Source: Octopus bimaculoides
Taxonomy: Eukaryota
Reading direction: 5' to 3'
NCBI RefSeq assembly: GCF_001194135.2
Contig: NC_068995.1
Coordinates: forward strand, 55,310,725 to 55,374,724
Length of the DNA stretch: 64,000 bases
Positions 12,941 through 25,770 of this stretch are shown one piece after another; position 1 is the first letter of the stretch, and the number at the start of each line of letters is the position of its first letter. The notes beneath the pieces were generated by a model, which had not been told where the DNA came from, made no database searches, and worked only from the letters and a program-made list of their open reading frames with translations. Both the position numbers and the translations under genes were made by a program.

Positions 12941-15729
12941 TAAAAAAATTGAAATACAATGTAACTAGTGAACTAAACATATTAAGGAAATAACTATTCA
13001 ACCTTTGACAGTCAGTATAACACCAACCCAAGGAACAGCTAACCAAGACCTTGAAACATATAGAAAATACAGCGAACATAGACTACAAGATGCACCATTT
13101 CTTTATCTATGCCATTTCAAACACATGAAACCACATCAAAAGCAAGTCCCATAAAAACTAAGAGAAAAGTGTATCCCACAACCAACGTCCTTTAATAATG
13201 TACAAGGAAAAAGGAAAACAGATATCAAATATGTATAACATGTATAATCAACGTTATAAAGTAAATTAATCGAAGAAATTGCTAATTAAAAATTAAAATA
13301 TAATTGGGATTAAATTAAATTAAAATACATATACAAATACATAAAACAATAAGAACCAAGGTGAAAACTACCTAATTAAAACAAATTATTAATGAAATAT
13401 GAACAAAACTGACAAAACAATACATTACTAACTAAACGACAAGGCCTCCCTTAGTTGAGGACAACTGAAACAACATTTAAATTATAGAATAAATAAATAT
13501 ATATGGAGTTGATATCCATATATACACATAAGAACTATAACTATTCAAAATTACTAAATTGCTACATGTTAAAAATAATGAATTAGTAGAGGAAAACGGA
13601 ATACATACTTCGTTTTCGACGTGTTACAGAACAATGAAATTAAACAACTTGGTGTTCCAGCCAAGGTAAAAAAAAAATAATGCTTATGCAGAAGGAGAAT
13701 AACATAGTTTTAATTTTCGGAGAAGACTAATTAAGCGATGTGTGTTTAGGCGGATAAGATGTTTAAAGACAACGGGAGGGAGATAAATGGGTGTATCATT
13801 CTGGTGGGGGTGTTAAGCAATTAGCTAGATTGCAGACACGAACAAGAGGTAGAACAAGAAACAGCTCGTCTGTAAATCAGTATGCTAATGAAAGCATCTT
13901 AGGAAAATGGCTGGATTTTTTTTTTAAATATGAAGTGTATTATATTTCAGTGCTTAACAGCCACAATATGCCCAAGATATTTGAGCAGTGCTCTAACATT
14001 GGACTGACGTAACCTTTTGCTGAATCAGCAACTAAGTTTAAACAGAAATCCTAAATTTGTGTAATTCTATAATTAATATTCAGGGCCACAATACATTACA
14101 AACTTAATCAGTTATGTACGATTACTATATAATGATAAAGTTAATGCTCCAAATACAGTTGTATGAGAAATGACAGACAAAACTATGAGAAGAAGAAAGA
14201 GGTAAAGACAGTCCGAAAAGTATCTGAGCTCCAAATCGATATAGCAGTATTGAGTTCCTAGCAACACATTAGAAGAATCAGGGATGATTTTTATAACGTT
14301 ATTATTTAGTTGTTGAAGTGCACGAAGTAGAGAAAGCAAAAGTGTGCCATGGCATTTCCTTTACAACAACAAAAAAAAACAATTAAATAAACGTCCTTGC
14401 TTATAAGACAAAGCCAGCCGCTCTCAAGCATATTAGATGCGTTATGGAGAATTTATATTTACATAATTCGATGTATGGGAAACGCAAGTTCCTGGGTTTA
14501 CATATATAACTTCATATACGCAGAAAAACAATCGTAACGTTACATTCTTATTGATATATTGAAGATAATGGCGGATATTGGACTAAATTTGTAAATTTGT
14601 TTTTCAAGAGGTGTCTACCCATGTTTTTACAGAAACATATCGAACGCATCCCATAATAAGGGGAACAGAACACAGCTGAGACCAGTTCAGAATTCGTGAG
14701 ATAGAGATGAAACGAAAAGCATTCACACCATGAATATTATGTCATATTTTACTTAAACTGTATGCAACCTGGATCATAAATTCCAATGAGCTGTTAATGT
14801 TTAAGATTGCAAGGAGTAACTTGACATCGGTTTAGCTGTTATTTGTTGCAGATTAAACAAACTCTTGCAGCGTCGCTCTGTGACTCGAAGCAACTGGCGC
14901 GGAAGAGATGATCTTCTTCTGCTAATTCGCATCCACTATATTGTGGAAACATATCATTTAGTCTGGAGGTATGAGTGTGAGTTTGTTTGTGTTTGTGAGG
15001 GTTGTTTGTTTGTGCACGTGAGTGTGCGTGCGTGTGTGTGTGTGGATGGGTTTGTAAGTTGCTGTAGGCGACCTTTGTCAGTTGCTTTTTGTCTCGGATA
15101 TTCCATCATCGTATTCTAGTCTCAGCTGCGTGACATAGGTTAAGTCAAGCCTTAGTGTTAGTAACAGATGATGAAATCTCTGTCATATTCCATCGGAACT
15201 GAGGAAAATCATGTTTACAATATCTTAGTAAGCTATCGGCTTTCAAACAAAACCCACAACTGGAGGAGAGAAAGACAACACTAAGGATCCACAAAATTGC
15301 TAGTAAATATTTCGTTCTCTGTTTTTTTAATTTTATTTATTTACATCTTCTTGTGATGCAGCAATGCATTATAGTTATAGCGGTTTACTTATAATTTAAA
15401 TGTACCTTTAAATTGGTAGTGTTTTATAGAGAAAAGCCAGCATTGCATGTGTGCGATGAAGTGACACTGAAAATCAGGTAACTAGCATTTGATTGTTGGT
15501 CTGATATACTGTCGCTTGGCCAACTCGGAGTGTATGTATCTGGTACATTATTAAATATAGTAATTTTATATTACGAAATGACTGTTGCTAATTCATAGTG
15601 AAATGGTCGTTATTTATAATCTGATCAATGCAAAATAATGCTTTGTTTGTGACTATTTACGTAGTCTCTCAGCTTGTTGCTAGCTTAGTTCTTACTGTAA
15701 GCAAAATATTCCGTCCAGACATTGACACA

Positions 15730-15840
15730 TAATCGATCGAATCAAACTCAGTATATTAGTATAAGTCTTAACGGATAAAAAGCAAAGGTGACCTCGGCTA
15801 GATTTCAGTTAGAAGCCAGAACGAGTGTAACTAAATACGT
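15730..15840 (-). mobile_element. Diverged SINE fragment
   Basis: gataaaaagcaaaggtgacctcggc resembles gatgaaaggcaaagtcgacctcgg of the 60596-60800 copy. Confidence 0.45.
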
Positions 15841-17155
15841 TAATGTATTTTGTTCTTCAGTTTAAATGCTGGACTATCTCTCCTACCAGCAGGCAAGAAA
15901 ACGAATAAATGTTAGGAGAAAGAAAATAATGGAAGAAAAATGGACATAAAGTTTTTTGATTCTATTATATTACAAGACAAACGAGTAAGTACGAACAAGA
16001 TGGTTACAGAGGGACAACATTCAAGTCTTATTGGTATGGGTTTTGATTAACTCACTTAATTGAGCTTGTTTATTCTCTGCATATCGGATTAAAGTTTATG
16101 AGCATGCATACACTTAGTACGTTAAACATACGAAAGGCTTTTGAAATTCCAGCACTAACAAGAGGATTGCTACTAACATCGTTGATTTGATTCATCTAGC
16201 AAATCCAATCAATATAAGCGATGAATCTCCGTACAGCATATCAACTAAAAAAAATATCATTTACTTACTGGTTTTATTCAACATTCTGTCCTGTCATCAC
16301 GACTCTTCCCAAACAGATTTTGTCAAATCTATATTTCCCCTAAGGTTTTATGAACATAGGCAGGGCTGATGTTAGTAAAACAAAATAGAAAAAAAGTCGT
16401 AAAAATCAGCCAGCCTCATTGTGGACCTTTCATTATTTCAATTCGTACGCTACACAACCAGCTCTTATCCTCGCTCAACAATTCGATGCCCACCAAGACG
16501 TATCTGTGAAAATTTAAGACTAAGCATTAATTTATGTCGCCTTCACTATATTGACTGTCTACCTTGTAGAACTTGCACGTAGATATTTCGCAAAATCCTT
16601 ATATCTCAAATTTCATTCGCTTAAATCCATCGTATAGATGCATCGTTTAGCTTTCAGCATAAGAACCTTCTCATATATTCGAACCAGTTTCAAGTAGTCT
16701 TATGTATGTGTGTATATATATATATATCTATGTGTGTATGTGTATGTGTGTCTNNNNNNNNNNNNNNNNNNNNNNNNNNTATATATATATATATATATAT
16801 ATATATCAAAAATTGTTATGGTAAAATATACTGATACCCTGATTTAACGAAACTACTGATGAGCCTACAAGTGTAGTCTAGTTATCTTAGAGACGCTCAT
16901 AAGGTGGTTACCTATCCTGTCAATATAATGCGCACATTTTACAGCTTTAAGGGTTTTTTTTGTACTTCTTATGTTTTGCAATATGGGTACTTCATCTCCC
17001 TCAATCACAATTAGCACAACATAATCCACGTTGATTTCATGAAATGGGGCCGGTGTAATTTCATTTAATCTATTTATATTTTGGATTTTTGCTAAGTCAC
17101 TAACTCTAAAGAAGATACAATGCGATTGAAGAACATCAAATATAGATAGTGTTTC

Positions 17156-17202
<47 letters not shown>

Positions 17203-17884
17203 CTGTGTGTGTGTGGTTGTGTCTCTGTATGTATGTATACATACATATCTATGTTCAGGCAGACATGCATACATAGGTACGTTAATATAGATGTATGTGC
17301 GTGTGTGTATGTGTGTTTGGTATATAATACATGCATATCAGTCAACAGATCATTACTGTTAACAATTTGGTAGTATAATTCGTTTCTTGACAGGATGTTC
17401 GCTATCATTTTCAGCGACATATGCTCCTACATTTAAATACTGTCATGTGAATAAATATATTAATTTATAAAGATGAAAGCAAGGAGAATATCACATACTG
17501 CTTCATTTAATAAACATGAAAGCGTTAATATTTTACATTTATATTTTCATTTTTCTATCGATCTCTTTTCAATTAATTGGACTTTTCAAATTCCTGTCTG
17601 TTAGGCTGTATTATAATTTAAAGACAACAAAACTAAACTACATATATTTACAATCTATATAATCGTTCAGTCATTCCATAAGGAATTGATGCGTAGATTA
17701 CTCGTTTTGGTCACTGAGCAAGCAATTAATGTTGACGATACTGATTAGATAGATAACACAGGAATAGCGATTTTAGTTTTGAATAATTAGGCTGGGAAAA
17801 ATTTCGATAACTTGGCAAAGACTCATATTATTCATAGCAGCATTTAGTCTGGTTCATTCAAGTTACTTGCCGGAAGCAACTACG

Positions 17885-17922
17885 GAATTATTGTTATTAT
17901 TATTGTTATTATTATTATTATG

Positions 17923-17969
<47 letters not shown>

Positions 17970-17972
17970 CAT
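17885..17972 (-). repeat. (ATT)n array, i.e. (AAT)n on the strand of the adjacent Dong element
   Basis: Directly visible. Confidence 0.95.
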
Positions 17973-17974
17973 TA

Positions 17975-18785
17975 TTTTTTTTTTATTGTCCTTGCAGAGA
18001 TTCTAACGCTGGAGATGTACTACGGTGCTAGCTGTTCACTACCAGTGAGCTAAGGTAACATAACTTATTTTTCGAGCATAATCCGGTGTAATCGAGCCGT
18101 TCAAAGCAGTGCTCCGCCTTTATTGCAGCCCCTATTTGTTCCATGTACTTCTCAAGATTTTTACTCATGGTTCCCAGAGCTCTGAAAATTATTGGTACTA
18201 CTACCACCTTTTTCAGCGACTACGACTGCTTAACCCCTTGTCTGTGTCACATTTTGGGTGGAGCATTCCATATCTAGTCAGCAACTTCCTTGACTTTCTG
18301 TCTAAGCTGTTTAGTTTCTCTATTGTCCATGCGATTACCCTTGCTCCATATCTAAGGGGTGAATCCGCCCAGGTGTTGATAGCTTCAATCTTATTCCGTC
18401 CGTTTTATTTCGACTTAAACCTCAGTCTGCGCAAGTACACCACCTTAAATTTTTCTGTCATTTGTTTCTCCATCAACATATCCATTTCCGATATCCTCAA
18501 GTACTTATAGTCTGTTTCTTTTATCTACTTCATATCACTCCCTGACGATATCGCTAGCCTGTCCATACATTTGGTTTTGCCTCTCTCCAAGACTACCAAA
18601 CCACCCCTTTACAGTCCGAACTCCGTTGTGATATCAGCACTGAAAGTATACACCGTATGAACGAGAGAACTGACTTGGAATTCATCTTTACCATAAAGTT
18701 TGAGGTCATCCATGAATAAAAGTGGTTGACTTTTTGTTGGCGGCTCTTGAATACATACCAAGTCTTTGATTACATCAGAATCAGT
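17975..18785 (-). mobile_element. Dong/R4-clade retrotransposon, 5'-truncated and internally deleted, 3' end retained
   Basis: Minus translation gives LLFMDDLKLYGKDEFQVSSLVHTVYTFSADI (RT domain 5), LLTRYGMLHPKCDTD, then SLKKVVVVPII..ALGTMSKNLEKYMEQIG (C-terminal REL region). Confidence 0.85.
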
Positions 18786-19264
18786 GTTAGTGAAAGTCTA
18801 GAATGCTTTAAAGAAAATTACGGAGATATCAACGGCGGTCGACGCCGGTTTGTTTTCTTGCCAACACTGAATTAGAAATTGCAGTTGTTTAACTATGTTA
18901 AAATACATTACATTGACTAGTAAAATTCTGAATGAAATTTACATTGAGTATCATTAAGTATTCTTCACTAAACATTTGAAATTTCAAATTAATGTAATCA
19001 CTCAAGAATAGAGTCTGGCAGTTAGAGGACAAAAGATATTTTAAGAAAGGCATTGTTAGCAATATAGCTCCGCTATTGTGTGCATTGCTTCATATTGCTC
19101 AAACACATACAAACACTCACACACACACACACACACTCTCTCACACAAACACACACACACACAGAGAGAGAAACTATCTATACAGGTGTATAATTATACA
19201 CAATGTCTGAACAAACATTGTCACATATTCACACTGTTGTGCTGAAAGAGAAGCACATTTATTC

Positions 19265-19297
<33 letters not shown>

Positions 19298-19329
19298 TAC
19301 TATTTAACCTTGGGAGGAGCATTGTGCGT

Positions 19330-19399
<70 letters not shown>

Positions 19400-20112
19400 T
19401 AATAATGTATACATACATACAGTAACACACATTTGATTTTAATGCGTAGTATTATATAGCTACAAATAAATAAAATTCAATTGGTACGCATTTTGCTCTT
19501 GTGATTAAACGGGGTTTTTGAATCTTCTTACAACCGCTGTTTGGTCTGCAAGATTTATTACTATGTTATTATTGTCACCGAGTCTTATTATTAACATAGA
19601 TATATTCATTGAATAATCACTTCCATTATGAGAAGTAACCGTTAGATTGGAATTTTAAATGGATTAATTAACAAGAGATAACAACAGGCTTTTAAAGTTT
19701 GGGAGATAAGGTCGTAAAAGGAAGTTAAAATGTTTAATGTTAATTATGTGAATGTAGTTTATATTTCGTTTGTAATATCTCATCACCACTATTAATATAA
19801 TGAAAATAATCCATGAAATATCAGGTGTTGTGAACTTCCCATTTACGTTATAACTATTATGTAACATAATGAAAATTATACGCAACTTCATTGGCCTGAA
19901 GCATAACGAGGAAATTAATCTATATATCATTGGAAATGTTAGTTATGAGAATATTCTATGGAGCACAAGAGGAGTGACGGACATGTGGCATGAATAAGTG
20001 GTATAAATATTTGAACGATTTATTTCAGAAAACAAATAAAAGTGCTATATAACAAGCAAGTATATTGTTAATTCATATTTATATGACGCGATATTTATTT
20101 TAGAAAACAGAA

Positions 20113-20550
20113 TTTTTTTTTTTTTTTTTTTNNNNNNNNNNTTTTTTTTTTTTTGTTTTCCTCATAGACATTTCGGCAAAGGGAACAAGTTCAGGACTCA
20201 GCTTGCTCGAGTGTTTGTGGATCATTTACTATGTTGTTTCTTCAGTGGACGGCAAGGCCTGCTTTGCTTCGTGCCACAACACCTCAATGATAGGTAAGGT
20301 TTCCATTTAGAAGAGCAGTGTTTTGCTAGTGTGCATTCGTGCTTGCACGGAGTTGGTCCCGATGCTGGCGTTCATTCCGCTCGATCTTTCAACTGAGAAG
20401 CAGGCCTGGTTCCAGCTCCTGTGTTTTTATGCTTTGTTTTCCCAGGAAGAAAAGAGAATGTTACGTAACTTCAGATTGTCTTTTCTTTTGTCTTTGAAGC
20501 GCAAAAGTGACCCTTCAAGTGACCAACTGAAAAGTACTTTTCACTAACAA
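20113..20550 (-). mobile_element. RTE-clade LINE 3' end with poly(A) tail (poly-T on + strand)
   Basis: Minus translation LLRFKDKRKDNLKLRNILFSSWENKA*KHRSW..C (cf. LRFKD..K.NLK...WE..A.DR..WR), later KAGLAVH (C-terminal zinc-finger-like), then a long A-run containing an N gap at 20132-20141. Confidence 0.75.
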
Positions 20551-21547
20551 CATACCACCATAAATACTATCATCATCATCACTATAAATTTCAGTAACAA
20601 AGCTCATTTCAGTTCAGCTGTTTGTTTATATCTATGCTTGACAATACAAACGTTATCTGCGTCTCTCTCTTTCTCTCCCTCTCCCTCTCCCTCCCTCCCT
20701 CTCCCTCTCCCTCTCCCTCTCCCTCCATCCCTGTCCCTCTCCCTCCCTCTTACACAATATAACTGCCTCACCTATTCATCTCCCTCTATCTTACTTTCTT
20801 TAATTTCTTCAACGTCATCAAAATAGCATCACCAGAAAATAACGCTCTGTTATAATATTGTATCCAAAACATATCTCTTTCTCATCACCTTTCCCGTCAG
20901 ATAACATTATAACCACGTATTAAGCATTCCTTCCAACACCCAATTCGTTAATACTTCTCTTTCCCGATTTATTCTCTCGCCGTCTTTCTCTCTGGTACTT
21001 CGCCTCTACCTTTCGCCTCAGTGTATTAATTTTAATCACCTTCCACTACTTCATCCTCTCTTCTTTCTTTACCCCTCCCTCCCTCTCTCAATATTTCCCT
21101 CACTCACCCACCTACACCTCACTAACTAACTAAATTATAACGAGTGAGCAAACAGTATACATAAAGGAAAAAATAGGGCACATCGTATGAACTCATAAAA
21201 ATAACTGCAGTCGAAACGGGTCCAACAAATTATTGTCTATGTAGGTATACGTTCGTACGTGAGTGCGCGCGCGCATAAGGTGTGCCAGAGCAGGCGCTTA
21301 TGCATAGCTATAAAACAAGTATCGTTTACATCTGCCTATGTGTATGCGATATGGCATGACGAAGACTGATTAAAAAGAATTAATATTGTTCAACACTAGA
21401 TACAACTTCCTATATCGTCTGTTCAATGCAAAAACACTTAATAAATAAGTAAAAATCAACTACCTTTTACTTTATATTCCTCATGAAGCACAGTGTAAAT
21501 AGGAGTTTCAATAGCGATAAACCATTTTACATCAAAGAATCGTTCAT

Positions 21548-21705
21548 ATGCGACTGCGTGCGAGTATGTGTGAGAGTGTGCGAGTATGTGTGAGTATGTG
21601 TGAGAGTGTGTGAGTATGTGTGAGTATGTGCGAGTATGTGTGAGAGTGTGTGAGTATGTGTGAGTATGTGCGAGTATGTGTGAGAGTGTGTGAGAGAGTG
21701 AGCGT
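21548..21705. repeat. 10-bp minisatellite (GAGTATGTGT / GAGTATGTGC / GAGAGTGTGT variants)
   Basis: About 15 tandem units directly visible. Confidence 0.9.
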
Positions 21706-21781
21706 ATGTGTATGAAAGTGCATGCTTTGCTGCAGTATTACTGTTGCAAATTGATAAGAACAATATGTATATACACACACA

Positions 21782-21827
<46 letters not shown>

Positions 21828-22168
21828 NNNNNNNNNNNNNNNNNNNNNNNNNNNNNNNNNNNNNNNNNNNNNNNNNNNNNNNNNNNNNNNNNNNNNNNNN
21901 NNNNNNNNNNNNNNNNNNNNNNNNNNNNNNNNNNNNNNNNNNNNNNNNNNNNNNNNNNNNNNNNNNNNNNNNNNNNNNNNNNNNNNNNNNNNNNNNNNNN
22001 NNNNNNNNNNNNNNNNNNNNNNNNNNNNNNNNNNNNNNNNNNNNNNNNNNNNNNNNNNNNNNNNNNNNNNNNNNNNNNNNNNNNNNNNNNNNNNNNNNNN
22101 NNNNNNNNNNNNNNNNNNNNNNNNNNNNNNNNNNNNNNNNNNNNNNNNNNNNNNNNNNNNNNNNNNNN
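21828..22168. other. Assembly gap flanked by (TA)n
   Basis: N run. Comparable large gaps occur at 39113-39895, 55332-55765 and 59337-59777, all bordered by microsatellites. Confidence 1.
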
Positions 22169-22237
<69 letters not shown>

Positions 22238-22599
22238 ATACATATACATATATATGTATAACTATACATATATATACGTATATGTATATATAAATATAGA
22301 TATTCATATATACATATATATGAATATGTATATATACATATATATACTTACATATATATGTATGTATGTATATATGTACATATATACACGTTGTCTGATC
22401 AATAAGTATCACGACTGTTGCTATAGTAACAAAGCTAAAGCATGGAGAGTGAAGCCGCTTCACACAGATTGACCTTAAACTCTGCTGTGCATGCGCACTA
22501 TGTTCTAACGTTCTAGCTCAGTTTTACTATTTACAACAGTTTAACATATTTTGTACACCAACCCATCCAACTGCTCAATAATCTCTTAATGTATTGCCT

Positions 22600-24300
22600 C
22601 TACTCTGAACGGGCTTCTTCTTGAATCCTCATATGTAGTTGTAAACAAAATATATCAATCACATCGATGTCACTAGACAGGATGCGCCTACGAAGGTTCT
22701 GCACACACTACCTTCCTCTTAATCAAAACAAACCAGAAATGTATGCCTACCGTATTTTCAAATCCCTACATATAATGCTATGCAAATACACGCTTATTGG
22801 GTTTTAATTGCCTATAATTATCCCTGGTGGAAGATTACTATGATGGAAGAAATTTCCATCTTCGTTACAGGATGTTTAAGGTTGAGTTATTTACCAGTAT
22901 CTTTTTTAACCAACACTATGAATGCTCTCTCATGGACATTTGTCTGCTGATTCTACAAACTTCAATGACATATCCAGCATTTCAATTGATTTAGTTTGAC
23001 CCTCTGTCGTTTACTTCTGTATTGAAGCAGTTTTAATATGTCTAAATAGAAACTTTGAAGTATTGAAGGCAAAGTAAAAGATGTGTTCAAATGTAGAAGT
23101 AAGCTACTTCCATAACAACTGACATTTAATTGCAAGTTGTATCGTAATCAATGTTTTCCTCGAACTATTAATTGCTACGATGCAGCAACGTCTCCCATTT
23201 TTCTTATCAATATCAGATGAAATAACAGAAATATGTATATACATATGGTGCAATAAAATTACTCAATACTGGTGAGCTGAAAGAAATCATGGTATGTCAC
23301 AGCAAATACCTTGCATTCATTTCATCTGTCGTACACCATTGTTTCTATACTGTACCCGTATCGACTTTTCTACGTTGTCGCCGAGAACTCAATTTAATGA
23401 GCTGTACACACCGCCGAAAATAGACACATTGTGTTCTTACGTTCACTAAAAATCAATCAATATTCGCCAAACAGAATTTATTCTATGATTTTCGCTGAAT
23501 ACCAGTTGAAGAAATTCCCCTTCGTCAATAATTCTCTCATGAAAATTCTGAAATCCTAATTTTCCGTTTCTACCTATACTGAAATATACAATGCCAGTGG
23601 ATAGCAAAAGAAAACCTAATATAACTGAAACTAGATGTGTTACAAATATTTTTATTTACTAAATGACAACTACTGGGGACATGAATACTATATTTTGCAA
23701 GCAAAACAGGACGATCGAATATACACAGATAGTTCAATACTTCGTTTATCGGCAACATTTCTCAGGGCTTTATAATACTAAGCATTACATTATTGACCAC
23801 GATTGCCAACATCATATTTTCAACTTTTGCTGATATCTTCTGAGACTTTTCTTCTTCCTTTTTGCATATTTTAGTATCGGTAAGATAAGATCTAGTAATA
23901 AACAGCAATAACGTAGTTATACTCACTAAACTATAAGTTTTTGCATTCAAATTTGGTTTTATATCTAGTCGAAATAATTTAATACATACATGAATATCTA
24001 TATAACAGCTCATAAACTCCATAGTTCTCTGAAAACATCACTTACATCTCCAGAAGGTGTTGGCAACTAATATACGATTTGCAGCTTTTAGCACTTGACC
24101 ACTAACGTCATATAATGTCTCAGAATGAGAAATATGTGAATCTTTAAAGTTTTCCCCAGTGGATATCCATTTCTATGATCTATAGGAAACCATCTTTGCT
24201 GCAAATCTTCAAACATTTCAGCTTGACCTGATGGATAATATTTTGACTTCAATCTGGTCAGAGTTTAAATTTTATGTCCCTCAACAGCTATTATTGACCC
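22600..24300 (-). pseudogene. Possible highly degraded PIF1-family helicase (Helitron-like) remnant
   Basis: Scattered minus-strand motifs in roughly the expected order: IIDE (~23535), FGG...LGD (~23400), and a weak YVALSRVTS-like stretch (~22680). Many stops and frameshifts. Confidence 0.3.
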
Positions 24301-25039
24301 GTTACAAAGATTCAATCGACGTCAATAAGAATATAAGTATCAGTGGACATTACTTTATTAACTGACTTATACCAAAATCTAGAACTAAAATATGAAAATA
24401 TATGAAGAAAATGAATATGATAGTATTGCATTTGTCGACAACCACCTATTGTACAAGTCACATTTTATTTAATAGTTACATTTTATTAGTTATTCGGTAA
24501 AAGGAATAATATAAAACTACAACATAACATTATTTATATCGAGATAAGCCTTTGCCACGAGTATATCTGAATTCCAAAAATGGAATTATCACAAATATTA
24601 ATGCGGTACTAGAAAAGTAAAAAGCAATTCGAGAGCAAATGCTTCATAAATAAATGTCTAAACAATCGATGTATCTAACGGGATTTGGAGGACTTTTATA
24701 CATAACTAAAAGGCATAAGCAGTCAGTGAAATAGCGAAGACACGACAACGAGCTTGAACTGCTGACATGCCATACACCATACAATACCCATTTAATCCTG
24801 ACTATGCATTTCATAACTTTTCATTTCCTTCGTCTCCCTCATTCCCTCCTCATGTTTATCCACACGCGAGCAATTCGTTTTGTTTTAAACACTACATATA
24901 ATGTGTTTACTTCGCTATCTCAACATTAATGAACTACAAGGTCGCTGCATTTGTCTCGTTTCTCTTTCCCTACCATTTTTTGGTTACAGCTAAATATTCA
25001 ACAATATCATCAACATCGCCATTATTATTATCATTATTA

Positions 25040-25647
25040 TTCGTTGGTCCTTACGTTCTCTCCAGTTATTCACCAGTATCTTTTGTAATTCAGATTTCGT
25101 GTTGTTTTCTTTTCTCTCTGACCATTTCCACTATGTTGTCATCCGAAGTCAGTCTCTCAGTGTAGTTTGCTTCTGTTTTGTATTTTGTCCCGTCCTTGTG
25201 TATAGAGAAAAGCGTTTTCTTCTGATGTTGCTTTACTACATGCAGCAGCCTTCCCCTCTTTGTATCTAAGTATTTTTCTAGTTCAAATGTTATCTTATAG
25301 TAGTTTCCTCTCGATATCAGGCGACGGCCTCATTCTGAACGGAGTAGAGGATATTCTGTCTGTGTCTGCTTTGGGCTGGTTTTCTGGTTTTTCTTTCTAG
25401 GCTCCTCAATTCACTGATCTTCCAGTTTATTATGTTAAAGCTGTAATTCATTACTTGTATGGCTAGCGTGTTTATCCCGATTATCTTATATTTAGCTTTA
25501 ACTCTCCTGTAATTCTCTCTCCTAAACTTCTCTCATTTGTGTGTTGTGTTTTAGCTGTTTCTTTTATTGCTAGATATTTGTATGGGCAGTTGTGGTCTAA
25601 TTCTATAATTTCTGTGTCTATGTCGAGTGCTAAATAATTTCCATCTG

Positions 25648-25650
<3 letters not shown>
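25040..25650 (-). mobile_element. Dong/R4-clade retrotransposon fragment flanked on both sides by (ATT/ACT)n
   Basis: Minus translation includes YKYLAI, FNIINWKISELR.LERKTRK and HPKADTDRISST/RSE..RRL (cf. HPKADIDRLY.PRSEGGRGL). Confidence 0.75.
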
Positions 25651-25737
<87 letters not shown>

Positions 25738-25738
25738 A

Positions 25739-25770
<32 letters not shown>
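25650..25770 (-). repeat. (TTA)n(CTA)n(TTA)n compound trinucleotide array
   Basis: Directly visible. Confidence 0.95.

Noticed and set aside
16840-16885. CTGATGAG followed by a gcctac/gtag stem (hammerhead-like)
   Set aside because: No GAAA after stem II; the upstream GAAAC is too close to form stems I and III.
20168-20293. Apparent signal-peptide-encoding host exon
   Set aside because: The opposite strand is an RTE LINE C-terminus plus poly(A). Kept only as an exonisation hypothesis.
21527-22472. Long ORFs across N gaps and dinucleotide repeats (also 38984-39976, 55265-55846, 59315-59898 and the many YI/CV/HT/LS-repeat ORFs)
   Set aside because: Artefacts: N runs and microsatellites lack stop codons.
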